Below, in pieces: positions 12,418 to 24,528 of a stretch of 64,000 nt of DNA. Below the pieces are notes generated by a model, which saw nothing but the letters and a program-made list of their open reading frames with translations, was not told the DNA's origin and made no database searches. Origin of the DNA: Rhizophagus irregularis (taxonomy: Eukaryota); the NCBI RefSeq assembly GCF_026210795.1, contig NC_089435.1, positions 372,001 through 436,000 of the forward strand, given 5' to 3'. How positions within the stretch are numbered: position 1 is the stretch's first letter; every line of letters starts with the position of its first letter. Position numbers and translations under genes: made by a program.

Positions 12418-15400
12418 ATGGAAACCAAATTTAGTAAATCTAATATCTCAGTTGCTGATATAGTAAACACCAAAAATTGTTTATATTGCAATAAACCCTT
12501 TACTGAAGAATTATGGTGTAAAGAATGTATTAATTCTTTAGAAAAATCAGCAGAAAATGGTAATAAAGTAGCAATATTTAATTTAGCTAAAAGGTATTAC
12601 AATGGGGAAGGAACAGAAAAGAATTTAGAAAAAGCCTTTTATTGGTATCAAAAAGCAGCAGAAAATGGTGATGAAGAGGTAATGCATAATTTAGCTTTTT
12701 GTTATTACAATGGAGAAGGAACAGAAAAGAATTTGGAAAAAGCCTTTTATTGGTATCAAAAAGCAGCAGAAAATGGTTTCATTTATTCAATGCATAATTT
12801 AGCCTTACGTTATTACAATGGAGAAGGAACAGAAAAGAATTTAGAAAAAGCCTTTTATTGGTATCAAAAAGCAGCAGAAAATGGTTTCACTAATTCAATG
12901 CATAATTTAGCCTTTTGTTATGAAAATAAAGAAGGAACAGAAAAGAATTTAGAAAAAGCCTTTTATTGGTATCAAAAAGCAGCAGAAAATGGTTTCACTA
13001 ATTCAATGCATAATTTAGCCTTACATTATTACAATGGAGAAGGAACAGAAAAGAATTTAAAAAAGGCCTTTTATTGGTATCAAAAAGCAGCAGAAAATGG
13101 TTTCACTATTTCAATGCATAATTTAGCCTTTTGTTATGAAAATGGAGAAGAAACAGAAAAGAATTTAGAAAAAGCCTTTTATTGGTATCAAAAAGCAGCA
13201 GAAAATGGTGATGAAGAGGTAATGCATAATTTAGCCAATTGTTATTACAATGGAGAAGGAACAGAAAAGAATTTAGAAAAAGCCTTTTATTGGTATCAAA
13301 AAGCAGCAGAAAATGGTTTCACTATTTCAATGCATAATTTAGCATTACGTTATGAAAATGAAGAAGGAACAGAAAAGAATTTAGAAAAAGCCTTTTATTG
13401 GTATCAAAAAGCAGCAGAAAATGGTTTTACTATTTCAATGCATAATTTAGCCCTACATTATTACAATGGAGAAAGAACAGAAGAGAATTTAGAAAAAGCC
13501 TTTATTTGGTATCAAAAAGCAGCAGAAAATGGTTTCACTAATTCAATGCATAATTTAGCCTTACGTTATTACAATGGAGAAGGAACAGAAAAGAATTTAG
13601 AAAAAGCCTTTTATTGGTATCAAAAAGCAGCAGAAAATGGTTTCACTAATTCAATGCATAATTTAGCCTTATGTTATTACAATGGAGAAGGAACAGAAAA
13701 GAATTTAGAAAAAGCCTTTTATTGGTATCAAAAATCAGCAGAAAATGGTTTCACTAATTCAATGCATAATTTAGCCAATTGTTATTACAATGGAGAAGGA
13801 ACAGAAAAGAATTTAGAAAAAGCCTTTTATTGGTATCAAAAAGCAGCAGAAAATGGTTTCACTATTTCAATGCATAATTTAGCATTACGTTATTACAATG
13901 GAGAAAGAACAGAAGAGAATTTAGAAAAAGCCTTTATTTGGTATCAAAAAGCAGCAGAAAATGGTTTCACTAATTCAATGCATAATTTAGCCTTACGTTA
14001 TTACAATGGAGAAGGAACAGAAAAGAATTTAGAAAAAGCCTTTTATTGGTATCAAAAAGCAGCAGAAAATGGTTTCACTAATTCAATGCATAATTTAGCC
14101 GTATGTTATTACAATGGAGAAGGAACAGAAAAGAATTTAGAAAAAGCCTTTTATTGGTATCAAAAATCAGCAGAAAATGGTTTCACTAATTCGATGCATA
14201 ATTTAGCCTTTTGTTATGAAAATGGAGAAGGAACAGAAAAGAATTTAGAAAAAGCCTTTTATTGGTATCAAAAAGCAGCAGAAAATGGTTTGACTAATTC
14301 AATGTATAATTTAGCCTTTTGTTATGAAAATGAAGAAGGAACAGAAAAGAATTTAGAAAAAGCCTTTTATTGGTATCAAAAATCAGCAGAAAATGGTTTG
14401 ACTAATTCAATGCATAATTTAGCCTTTTGTTATGAAAATAAAAAAGGAACAGAAAAGAATTTAGAAAAAGCCTTTTATTGGTATCAAAAAGCAGCAGAAA
14501 ATGGTTTTACTGATTCAATGCATAATTTAGCCTTTTGTTATGAAAATGAAGAAGGAACAGAAAAGAATTTAGAAAAAGCCTTTTATTGGTATCAAAAAGC
14601 AGCAGAAAATGGTTTCACTAATTCAATGCATAATTTAGCCTTACATTATTACAATGGAGAAGTAATAGAAAAGAATTTAGAAAAAGCCTTTATTTGGTAT
14701 CAAAAAGCAGCAAAAAATGGTTTTACTGATTCAATGCATAATTTAGCCTTACGTTATTACAATGGAGAAGGAACAGAAAAGAATTTAGAAAAAGCCTTTT
14801 ATTGGTATCAAAAAGCAGCAGAAAATGGTTTCACTAATTCAATGCATAATTTAGCCTTATGTTATAACAATGGAGAAGGAATAGAAAAGAATTTAGAAAA
14901 AGCCTTTTATTGGTATCAAAAAGCAGCAGAAAATGGTTTTACTAATTCAATGTATAATTTAGCCTTACATTATTACAATGGAGAAGGAACAGAAAAGAAT
15001 TTAGAAAAAGCCTTTTATTGGTATCAAAAAGCAGCAGAAAGTTGTTTCACTAATTCAATGTATAATTTAGCCATTTGTTATGAAAATGGAGAAGGAACAG
15101 AAAAGAATTTAGAAAAAGCCTTTTATTGGTATCAAAAAGCAGCAGAAAATGGTTTCACTAATTCAATGTATATTTTAGCCTTTTGTTATGAAAATGGAGA
15201 AGGAACAGAAAAGAATTTAGAAAAAGCCTTTTATTGGTATCAAAAAGCAGTAGAAAATGGTGTTAAAGAGGCAATGCATAATTTAGCCTTACGTTATTAC
15301 AATGGAGAAGGAACAGAAAAGAATTTAGAAAAAGCCTTTTATTGGTATCAAAAAGCAGCAGAAAATGGTGAAAAAAAAGCAATGAATAATTTAGCCATAT

Positions 15401-17374
15401 GTTATTACAATGGAGAAGGAATAGAAAAAAATTTAGAAAAAGCTTTTTATTGGTATCTTAAATCAGCAGAAAATGGTTTCACTGATTCTATGTATAATTT
15501 AGCCTTACGTTATTACAATGGAGGAGGAACAGAAAAGAATTTAGAAAAAGCCTTTTATTGGTATCAAAAAGCAGCAGAAAATGGTTTCACTAATTCAATG
15601 TATAATTTAGCCTTTTGTTATGAAAATGGAGAAGGAACAGAAAAGAATTTAGAAAAAGCCTTTTATTGGTATCAAAAAGCAGCAGAAAATGATGTTGAAG
15701 CAATACATAATTTAGCCAATTCTTATTATAATGGAGAAGGAACAGAAAAGAATTTAGAAAAAGCCTTTTATTGGTATCAAAAAGCAGCAGAAAATGGTTT
15801 CACTAATTCAATGCATAATTTAGCCTTTTGTTATGAAAATGGAGAAGGAACAGAAAAGAATTTAGAAAAAGCCTTTTATTGGTATCAAAAAGCAGCAGAA
15901 AATGGTTTCACTAATTCAATGTATAATTTAGCCTTTTGTTATGAAAATGGAGTAGGAACAGAAAAGAATTTAGAAAAAGCCTTTTATTGGCGTCAAAAAG
16001 CAACAGAAAGTAACAAAATAGATTTTAAAAATGAAGTTGAATTATGCAATATATGCAAACAGCTATATACTAATTACCAGTGGTGTCAACAATGTAATGT
16101 CAAACAATTTCAACAAGATTTTTCAAAGTGGACCAGTAAAAATGAATTTATTGATAAATTTATTCAAGAAGCACAACTAAATGCCAAAAATAGTTATGAA
16201 ATTTTAGAATGGATACCTTATAATAAATTGTCAAATATCAATTATTATGATAAAGGAGGATTTAGTGAAATTCATAAAGCTATCTGGTTAGATGGTCCTA
16301 TTTTTAGTTGGAATTTTGACAAACAACAATGGAATAGACAATTAGGTTATGAGGTTATTCTTAAAACACTTAATAATTCATCAAGTTTAAATAGTAAATT
16401 TCTGGATGAGGTATATATATTATTTATATTTATTAGCAATTTTTTTTTCTTTTACAAAAATTAATTTTGTTTTATTATTTATACAGTGGAAATATCATTA
16501 TAATTGTCAGAAAAAATCATTTTCAAAATTTATTCAATTTTTTGGATGTACCCAAGATCCAAATAATTTAAATTATATAATAGTAATGAGTTATGCAAAA
16601 AAAGGAAGTTTAAGAAAATGTTTGTCTGATATAATTAAATTTAAATGGCAAGAAAAGTTACAATTATTGAAAAAAATTGTATTAGGGCTCAAAGTAATTC
16701 ATGAATCAAATTTAACTCATGGTGATTTTCATGATGGTAATATTTTAATATCAGATAATTACAATGAGTTATTTATTATTGATTTAGGATTATGTAAACC
16801 TATAAATGATTTACAAGATTCTGACAATAAAATTAAAGAAATTTATGGAGTTTTACCTTATATGGCACCTGAAACATTAAGACAAAAACCCTATACACCA
16901 GCAAGTGATATTTATAGTTTTTCAATGATAATGTGGGAATTTACATCAGGTATTCCTCCATTTAATCGTGTAGCACATGATCATCACCTTATTTTGAGTG
17001 TCTGTGAAGGGAAACGCCCTGAAATTGTTGAAAATACTCCAAAATGTTATATAGATTTAATGAAAAAATGTTGGGATTCAGATCCTTCCAATAGACCGAC
17101 CATAACAATGCTCGAAGATATTATATCTGAGTGGATTAGATGTATTAATGAATATTATAGAATAAACAGGGATGGAAATTATAAATTTGTAGTATCTAAT
17201 ATAGATAATAAATTAAAAGATGATATGTTTGAATTTATAAAAGCAAACAAAACTTTAGTACAAGAACAAGCAAATGCTTCTATTATACAATCACATACAC
17301 AAGCATATTATACAAGTCGTAAATTTACTGAAATCTTAAATACTGGTTGTCTTGAATGTGAAGTTAATATTTAA
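12418..17374 (+). CDS. SEL1-array + TKL-type protein kinase, paralog 1 (32 SEL1 repeats; ~1626 aa). Exons 12418-16410 and 16487-17374
   Basis: The two overlapping ORFs are joined by a phase-0 intron GTATAT...ATACAG (16411-16486). Order: CLYC...WCKEC, 32 x 36-aa SEL1 repeats, CNIC...WCQQC, WTSKNEFID, then kinase motifs KGGFSEI, VILK, HGDFHDGN, DLG, YMAPE, SDIYSF, CWDSDPSNRP. Confidence 0.92.
12571..16012 (+). repeat. Coding tandem array of 32 near-identical 108-bp SEL1 units
   Basis: Near-invariant core GGAACAGAAAAGAATTTAGAAAAAGCCTTTTATTGGTATCAAAAAGCAGCAGAAAATGGT recurring every 108 nt (one 105-nt unit). Confidence 0.95.
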
Positions 17375-18246
17375 TAATTCTGTTGTTTATTCTTTATTTG
17401 TTAGGCTATTTGTCAGTTGTTATATTGCAATTTTTACTAAAATAAATATTTTAAATGCAGATATAATAATTATCAAAAAAATCTTTATTATAATTTTTAT
17501 TTTTTAATTGAAATTTGTTATGCTTAATATTCATATCCACACTTTAAGATTAAGAACTTACCAGTATTATTTATTGCTTTAAAAAAATATTATAATTATA
17601 TTTCATAGAATATGGATTCTTAAAATATAATTATAAAATTCATTTATTGAAGTTGTATCATCGATGCCATCTTTTAAAACAGCTTGGATTATTACTTATT
17701 TCTATTTCCTTTTTAATTAAGATTGATAAACTATATTTATTGTGAATGAATAGGTTAATATATAGTTACTTGGTGAAACTATGCAGTATTTAGTTAATCC
17801 CTATAAAAACGAAATGTCTGATATTTGTATTTTTTTTATCTAACTTTGTCTAAATTTTGTGTAAAAATTCATTATATTGTGCTTAAATAACTATCTAGCT
17901 GTAATCGTATTGTATAATTTCCTTTTGTTTCTTGTCAATTTAAATCATCCTTGTTGTTCATTTGTTTTATCATGAGAAATTTGAAGTCAAAGAATGATGA
18001 GATCTATTAAACAATTCGTATATAATTACATATATTTTTCAATAATAATGATTTTATGTGACGAAAGCCTGAAAGGCCTTAATAAAAATATATCATTTGT
18101 GTAATATTTGCATTGCCATCACTATTTTGTGTTCTGGCTATAGATTAATGTTGCACTTTGATGTCGAGATGACACTGTTGGTTCTAGAAATATTAATTAT
18201 TGAAACTGAATTTTAATGTCATGAAACTGTGAGCAATAATTTAATG

Positions 18247-18445
18247 CCCTGTAAAAAATCTGATCCTTGTTTTATCTTTCCATGTTTTTTCCGTGAATGT
18301 ATCATTTTCATGGAATTTATAGCCTTAAATCATGGAAATTTTCATCTCGCTAACACGGATATCCGTGAATGTATCATTTTCACGGAATTTTTACGGAAGA
18401 CACGGAGAAATAATGGAAATATTCGGATAAAAATTTTTTATAGGG
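18247..18445. mobile_element. MITE with CCCT(G/A)TAAAAAA TIRs and 3-bp TSD (copy 1)
   Basis: CCCTGTAAAAAATCTGATCC ... GGATAAAAATTTTTTATAGGG with ATG on both flanks. Internal repeat CCGTGAATGTATCATTTTCA occurs twice. Second copy at 59531-59719. Confidence 0.8.
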
Positions 18446-20050
18446 ATGGTGCTACTTAATATTGTTATTTTGATCTGTCATACATTGTTTCCAATGTAAT
18501 TTTGTATTTTTTATTTTTCAATACGTATAAACATACAGCATACTGTACACAGGATAAAAAAAGTTAAACCAGATGTACCGAAAATTTTTGCGAAAAAATT
18601 GCTACAGTTGCCTGCAGTATGAAGAGGTTTGGCTATATTCCTATATTCATGGCGTGTTGGCGTCACAAAAAAATTAGAATGGATTTTATTAAGATTTTTT
18701 ATTTTCTACACTTAGAAAAAATTCACAAGGGTTAAAACCCTAAATGTCGTAAAAGAAGGAGGTTGAATCCACCGCCATCTATCTATTATCTTACAAGAAA
18801 AAATTCATAAGAAACGTTCCATATGCATAAATTATAAGAATCATCGTTGTTGCTATAACAAGGCCGATAAAAAAATTCTTAAGAATCATGATTTAACAAT
18901 TTTCTTCCCTTTAATAAAGACGATTTATTTAGTTAGAAATTATATTTTAGGGATTATGGGGTTTAAATCACATGAATATTATGAAAAGTATACTTAACGT
19001 TAAATACAGTAAGAGTAAATTATTCGTAATCTTCGTACGTTAATATTTAAATGATGATTGATGAACATGTTACAAATAAAAATGTTAAAACTGAATTATT
19101 CAAACGAATGATATAATAAAGCTTGAAACTTTGAAGATAAATCTTTAAAGTGCCCAAGAAAAGTTTCTTGATTTGAAATAGACGTTCAAATAAGAGAAAA
19201 AGAAAAGGTAAAGAGATTTAAAATGAATTAAAAGAAGTTTTTACAAAGCGCACAAATCAAAATATTTTTTAAAAATAAAAAAGTATATTGGAATTTGAAT
19301 ACATGATAATAGTAATATGGTTTCATAGTCATAATAATTATTAACTGATAATACCACGAAGTTCTGCGTAGTGCTAATAATATTACGTCATTATGATAGG
19401 TACTAGTCGGTGGTGCAGCACGTGACGTTTTTTAATGTTTACAGTATAGTAACCGATCTGGTGTAACCGCTTCAATATTTTGTATTTTATAATAGTTAAC
19501 GAAGGGTGGGTCTGCCGGTTGGATTTTGTACATTTAGTTTTAGATCAATAGTACATATGACTTTTTTGTAAAATTTCAATGTATCTTCATATCTCACAAA
19601 TGTATCTACCTTTCTAAAGTAAAAATAAAAAATAAATAAAAATGAATCTAATACTAGTAAGTCAAATTGTTTAAAATTAAAGAGAAATTTGGTTTATCAC
19701 TGCATAATAAGTTGCTCGACATGCAACTAAACAGGTATATTCTTAAACCTGAATGTTACAACAACTGTCAGCTTTGATTATCTTCCAACGCGTATTGATC
19801 TCTAACTACAGAAAATTAGAAAATCAGTACAGGTAATTCAAATTAAACTCAAGGCTTTTTCAGGTAAAACATAGTCAAGGTTATTATTTCATTTATAAAA
19901 TTTGCTAATTATTTAAACTTGAAAGATTATTAAAGCAAAACTTTTTAAGAATTCCTTTTTATTTAAATTAAAAGATGATATTGAAAAATGTAAAAATTTA
20001 ATATTTATGGCATGAATAATTGATATGCAAAATTTCTAATAAAAATTATT

Positions 20051-20971
20051 TTATAATTTTGTTTGAGTTTCCTGAACTTCTTGTTTATTCTGAACGTCCT
20101 GTGGTATTTCTTCTTGACTATTTTGAGTATCTTGAGTATCTTGAGGTATATCGGATATCAATTTCATCTTTGCAGCATAAATGCAGAACTGAAAAGTAAA
20201 AACATTCGAAATTAGGATTTTATATTAAAAAAATTTTTTATGAAAAACTCTTATTATACAAAAATAATGATTTTATGTTACCTCATCAAAGAGAATGTAA
20301 CCTCCAAGGTTCGTATCAATTTCATTAAACTTGGATTTAAGTTCTTTATTTGATACCACATTTATTCCAATTAATTTATGACCTTTTTTGAATTCTCCAA
20401 AATCGATACGCCTGTCATTATCTATATCAAGTTTCTTAAATATTTTGAATAGCTCATTGTAGTAATGAAGAAGATCGATGAGACGACCAAATTCTTTGAA
20501 ATCAATGAAACCATCCTAAAGAAATTTTTATAAGTATTAGGATTCAATAAGTAAAATAAGAATAATAAAAGCTAATTTGAAGACAAACTTTGGAAGTATC
20601 GGCAGCTTTATAAGCTCGCATGATGGCAGGCTTATCTTTTGCGAGGTGAGGATAGAGTTCAATAACGGCTTTATCAATTTCAGCGAGAGACAAGATACCG
20701 TTACCATTATAGTCAAAAACGTCAAAAATCTATCATAATGGTTAATTATGAAGTTAATAATTTGAAATAACAAAATATTTATTCAAAAAGTTAAAAAATA
20801 TACCTTCTTAATTTGAGCTTTGTCTAGATTATTGGTAGTAATAACTGCCTTCTTTTGAGTAGTTTTGCTAGCTGCCTTCTTGTCCAATTTACTAGCAGTT
20901 TTGCTGACTACCTTCCTATCCAATTTTCCGGTAGTTCTGATAGATGCCTTCTTGTTTAATTTTTCGGCCAT
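20051..20971 (-). CDS. EF-hand calcium-binding protein, calflagin/FCaBP-like (226 aa). Exons 20804-20971, 20589-20729, 20282-20515, 20051-20188
   Basis: Four exons joined in frame by phase-0 GT-AG introns. A Lys-rich N-terminus is followed by IFDVFDYNGNGILSLAEIDKAV, AYKAADTSKDGFIDFKEF, FKKLDIDNDRRIDFGEF and FNEIDTNLGGYILFDEFCIYAA (four EF-hand-type loops), then a Gln-rich tail. Not recovered by the ORF track. Confidence 0.85.
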
Positions 20972-22200
20972 TGGTGTTATGTACTTTAGAATTTGTCTTG
21001 AAGTAAATTTTATGATGATACTTGGAAGGTATTTCCAGCCATTTTTATATAAAAAATGGGCAATATTCTTACATGCCAAAAATAGTACAAATTATTAATT
21101 AAGATATAAAATATCAGGGTTTCACTAAAAATAACTTAAAACTTCTTTCAAAAAACTTAAAAATATTAAATAAATTAATTTTGTCGGTAGTGTTACATTA
21201 TTAAATTAACTCTCTTTGTTAGATTATAAATATCAATGGATTAGAATTTAAAAATTCAAAAGACAACGTTCAGTAGTAACTAAATCACTAGCCAAAATAA
21301 GCAAACACGATATAATGAAATACAAATTATAGAATGTTCTATTTTTTTACTTATAAAGAAGCCAAACAAAGAATGTTTTTATGAATAATTAATTTATTTT
21401 ATTTATTTTTTTTGTTTTACGTTCTTAACTTTATTTAAATAAGTAGATAAATTATTCATGTATCACTAACATGATGAGAATGAGAAATTGTAACTATATA
21501 ATTTTAATAACAAAGAAATTCTTTGTCGATTAAATATAATAATGGACAAATAAATTTGATGTAAGACGAAATCAATTATGATGTAAACTGACGATGACAA
21601 TAATGGGACACAAAATCGGAAATAACCTTCCGAGTTACGTTACAGAAAATAATCATGTACAGTATTTGTTTTAAACAAATATTTAGATCATTAATATATC
21701 TTATATTTGTAAAATGTATCTTAATGAAGGAGTAACTTAATAATTTCATATAATAATTTAACTATATTAAATAACCTACATTTATTTTCACTTTTGTACA
21801 ATTTAGTTTGAACGACAACGCTAAATTTAATATAATATAAATCGACTGTAACACAATATTGTATTCAAAATCATTGCTGCAAGTAAAAAAATTTCTATCA
21901 AGAACGATACAAAGTTTTAAAACTAGCCAAAATAGTAAACCGGATACTAAGAAACATTTTCTTGTTTTGAAAATGGTAGTACGTAACTCGAACATAAAAC
22001 TATTCGTAACGCCAAGATAAATTGGTACTAACCTAATAAGGATATTAATACAACCCATTTATGGTTAATCTGTACTAATATGTTGATCACTTATTATTTA
22101 AATCGTATATAATAGTCCACATTATATAAACTAAGTTCCATGTGATATCGTTTACTTATGTTTAAAATAAATAACGAAAATCGACAATTGTAAATGAGAT

Positions 22201-23443
22201 TTATCTTGTAATTTGAAATACTTCATATTCTTCCACAGAAAATAAATCAGAAAATAAATCAGTAGTTTCACTGATTTGTTTTTCGTAAGCAAAATTACCA
22301 CATACATTTACCAAAATCTCCATCTAAAACCAAGTCACTGATACCAAATAATGGTCCACGATCAAAGGAGTTAAGTATAGCGACTTTTTCATTTTTTATA
22401 CGACTTAAAATATAACTTTTAATATCATTATATCTCTTAAACGAGAATATAAAACTGTCCTTAGTAGTGCCATAAGAATCATCAGACTTCCATTCAATTG
22501 GATTATATCCACCAAAAATTTCCTTACTGACTTTCACCTTAATAATTGTTACAGTACGAGATTGATTATCACAAATTTCATGAAATTTTTTATATGTAAA
22601 TCCATCACGAGATCCACAAAGTAACAATTTGAATTTGTATGTATTTTTTATCTCATCTGTAATTTCAGTTCTATCGATCCATTTTGAGATTAATTCAGCA
22701 TGTCGAATTGTAATAATTTTGGAATCAATGGAATCAATATTAATTTCTTCAGTAGTAATATGAGGTTTTGATGTTTTACTTGATTGGATACTGGGTTTCA
22801 AGAAATATTTTAATAAATCTTCATATAATTCCTTTAATATAATTTTTTTATAAGGCAATACTTTATCTGCAAATTCTTCAGAAGTTAAATTATAGAATCT
22901 AATATGTGGAACGCAATGTTATAAACTATTTTTCAAAGCATTAAAATCTTCTTTTGAAAAATTAGTAGGATCGGAAGGTTTTGGATTTTGAGCAAGTTTC
23001 CATCTAAGCACATTTTTCCATACTTGAATTTCATTCATTTGAAGATTATCACTTTGAATAAGTGAAACCAAAAGTTTTTCTGAAATTGAGGAAAAATTTA
23101 GAGATTTATATATCTTGTTTGGCTCTTTGGTTATTAAATTATTACAAAATTCTTAAAGTTCCAAGAAAGAATCATTCTCAAAACTTGTCTTATATATCAA
23201 ATCAAAATTAAATTCCATCCAATTTGCCTTAGTTTCAATCAAAAAGGATTGTAAATAAGTGGTTAATTCTTGGAGACCAAGTTCACTACCAGAAACTAAG
23301 ATATCCAAAGTATCATGCAGATATGCTTGATAGTTTTGTGTTACATGAAAAATAATGACATCATTGCAGATCTTGATAATTTACTCTTTTCCGTTAATAT
23401 AAAAAATTTTAAATATTTTTTTTGCTAAAGTTTTATTATCCAT
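22201..23443 (-). pseudogene. Decayed BTB-BACK-TLDc gene
   Basis: Recognisable BACK (ELGLQELTTYLQSFLIETKANWME; LQMNEIQVWKNVLRW) and TLDc (FKLLLCGSRDGF...FHEICDNQ...FGGYNPIEW...VEEYEVFQI) segments. In-frame TAA at 23153-23155 and 22919-22921, a frameshift near 22295, and most of the BTB region missing or garbled. Confidence 0.85.
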
Positions 23444-24099
23444 GACAAATAATGATTTAATTTACCCTATTTTGCAAGTTGCATCTATTTATAATATAAA
23501 GAAAAGGTTGTAATAATTTTTTGTTTGTATCTTTTGTACTTAACGGCGGTATAAAAATGTTATTACGCGTATTATCACTTTCTAACGTCTAATCATACAA
23601 ACTTAAAATGAAATGTGAAGAAAAATAAGAAATATAAACTCAATTAAGATATTTCTTAATCAAAAAAATCGTACGAATACCCTACGTACTATTTACTCTT
23701 TTCGTTCTACGAGCAAGTAACAACAACCTTAATTTAGTTGTATTATAACTGCTTGTGATAAAGGAACGAAATTTATCATTAGCAAGAAATATAAGAGGAT
23801 TTTTGTTGAAACATTAAAAGTAATAAAACACTAATAAAACGCAGTTTACTAAGAAAATAATGTGGAAAATACACTACTTAAACGTACTGTACATAATAAT
23901 AAGAGACAAAATTTTATGAGCTATAAGCCAAGAATTAATGGTATTATGAAGTTCAATATGATTGTTGTGATTTTTTGGACATAATTAATTCAGAACTTTC
24001 TTCAGATGGCAATATATCAAAATCTGGAGATAATGTACCCAATCTTTTGATTGTAAATAGGCTTATTCATGATTATTGTTGGTTTATTTGTCTGATATA

Positions 24100-24528
24100 C
24101 AGTCAACTCTGGATATAACGAACCCTCCGTTCCAGGAGGTTTAGTTCGGTATATAGTGAATTCGTTATATAATATACCGAACTAGTTTTCTTTATAGGCA
24201 ATTTAGGCCAAATTTGTAATGCTGGCCAAAATTATAATTTCTTTTTAACATAAATTTTCGAAAAAATTACTAGTAATTCTGGCCAGCACTATAAAATTGG
24301 CCTGGACTACTATATAGTCACATGACCGTTCGTTATAGAAAGTATAAAGTTATTATATAGCTGATATATAGGGGCTGGTTAAGTTTGGTTCGGATGCGTT
24401 ATATAGTGTTTTATTATAAAAGTTCGTTATATCCAGTGAAATTATTTATAAAAAATCGGTTCTGGAAATTATGATTCGGTATAACGAGGTTTCGGTACAA
24501 ACAGGTTCGTTATAACCAGAGTCGACTG
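24100..24528. mobile_element. Tc1/mariner(pogo/Tigger)-type MITE, 429 bp
   Basis: TIRs CAGTCAACTCTGGATATAACGAACC ... GGTTCGTTATAACCAGAGTCGACTG, TA on both flanks, multiple internal TTCGTTATA motifs. Confidence 0.85.

Noticed and set aside
12571..16012. Regular repeat with variable inserts resembling a CRISPR array
   Set aside because: Period is 108 nt in an open reading frame encoding SEL1 repeats; the variable parts are homologous codons, not unique spacers; the context is eukaryotic.
16406..17374. Stand-alone kinase gene or programmed frameshift from the overlapping ORFs
   Set aside because: Explained by a canonical intron (16411-16486) conserved in both paralogs.
18229..18459. Similar short ORFs at 18229-18459 and 59541-59750 as a small gene family
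   Set aside because: Both lie within copies of a MITE with TIRs and TSDs; the similarity is due to the element.
21762..22058. 98-aa ORF and other short ORFs (2815, 3756, 27075, 52918, 53550, 54594, 63562)
   Set aside because: No recognisable motifs; several have non-ATG starts or overlap repeats; expected by chance.
22919..23155. RIP-like mutation suggested by two probable CAA-to-TAA stops in the BTB pseudogene
   Set aside because: Two events are too few, and the nearby highly repetitive SEL1 arrays keep their CAA codons intact.
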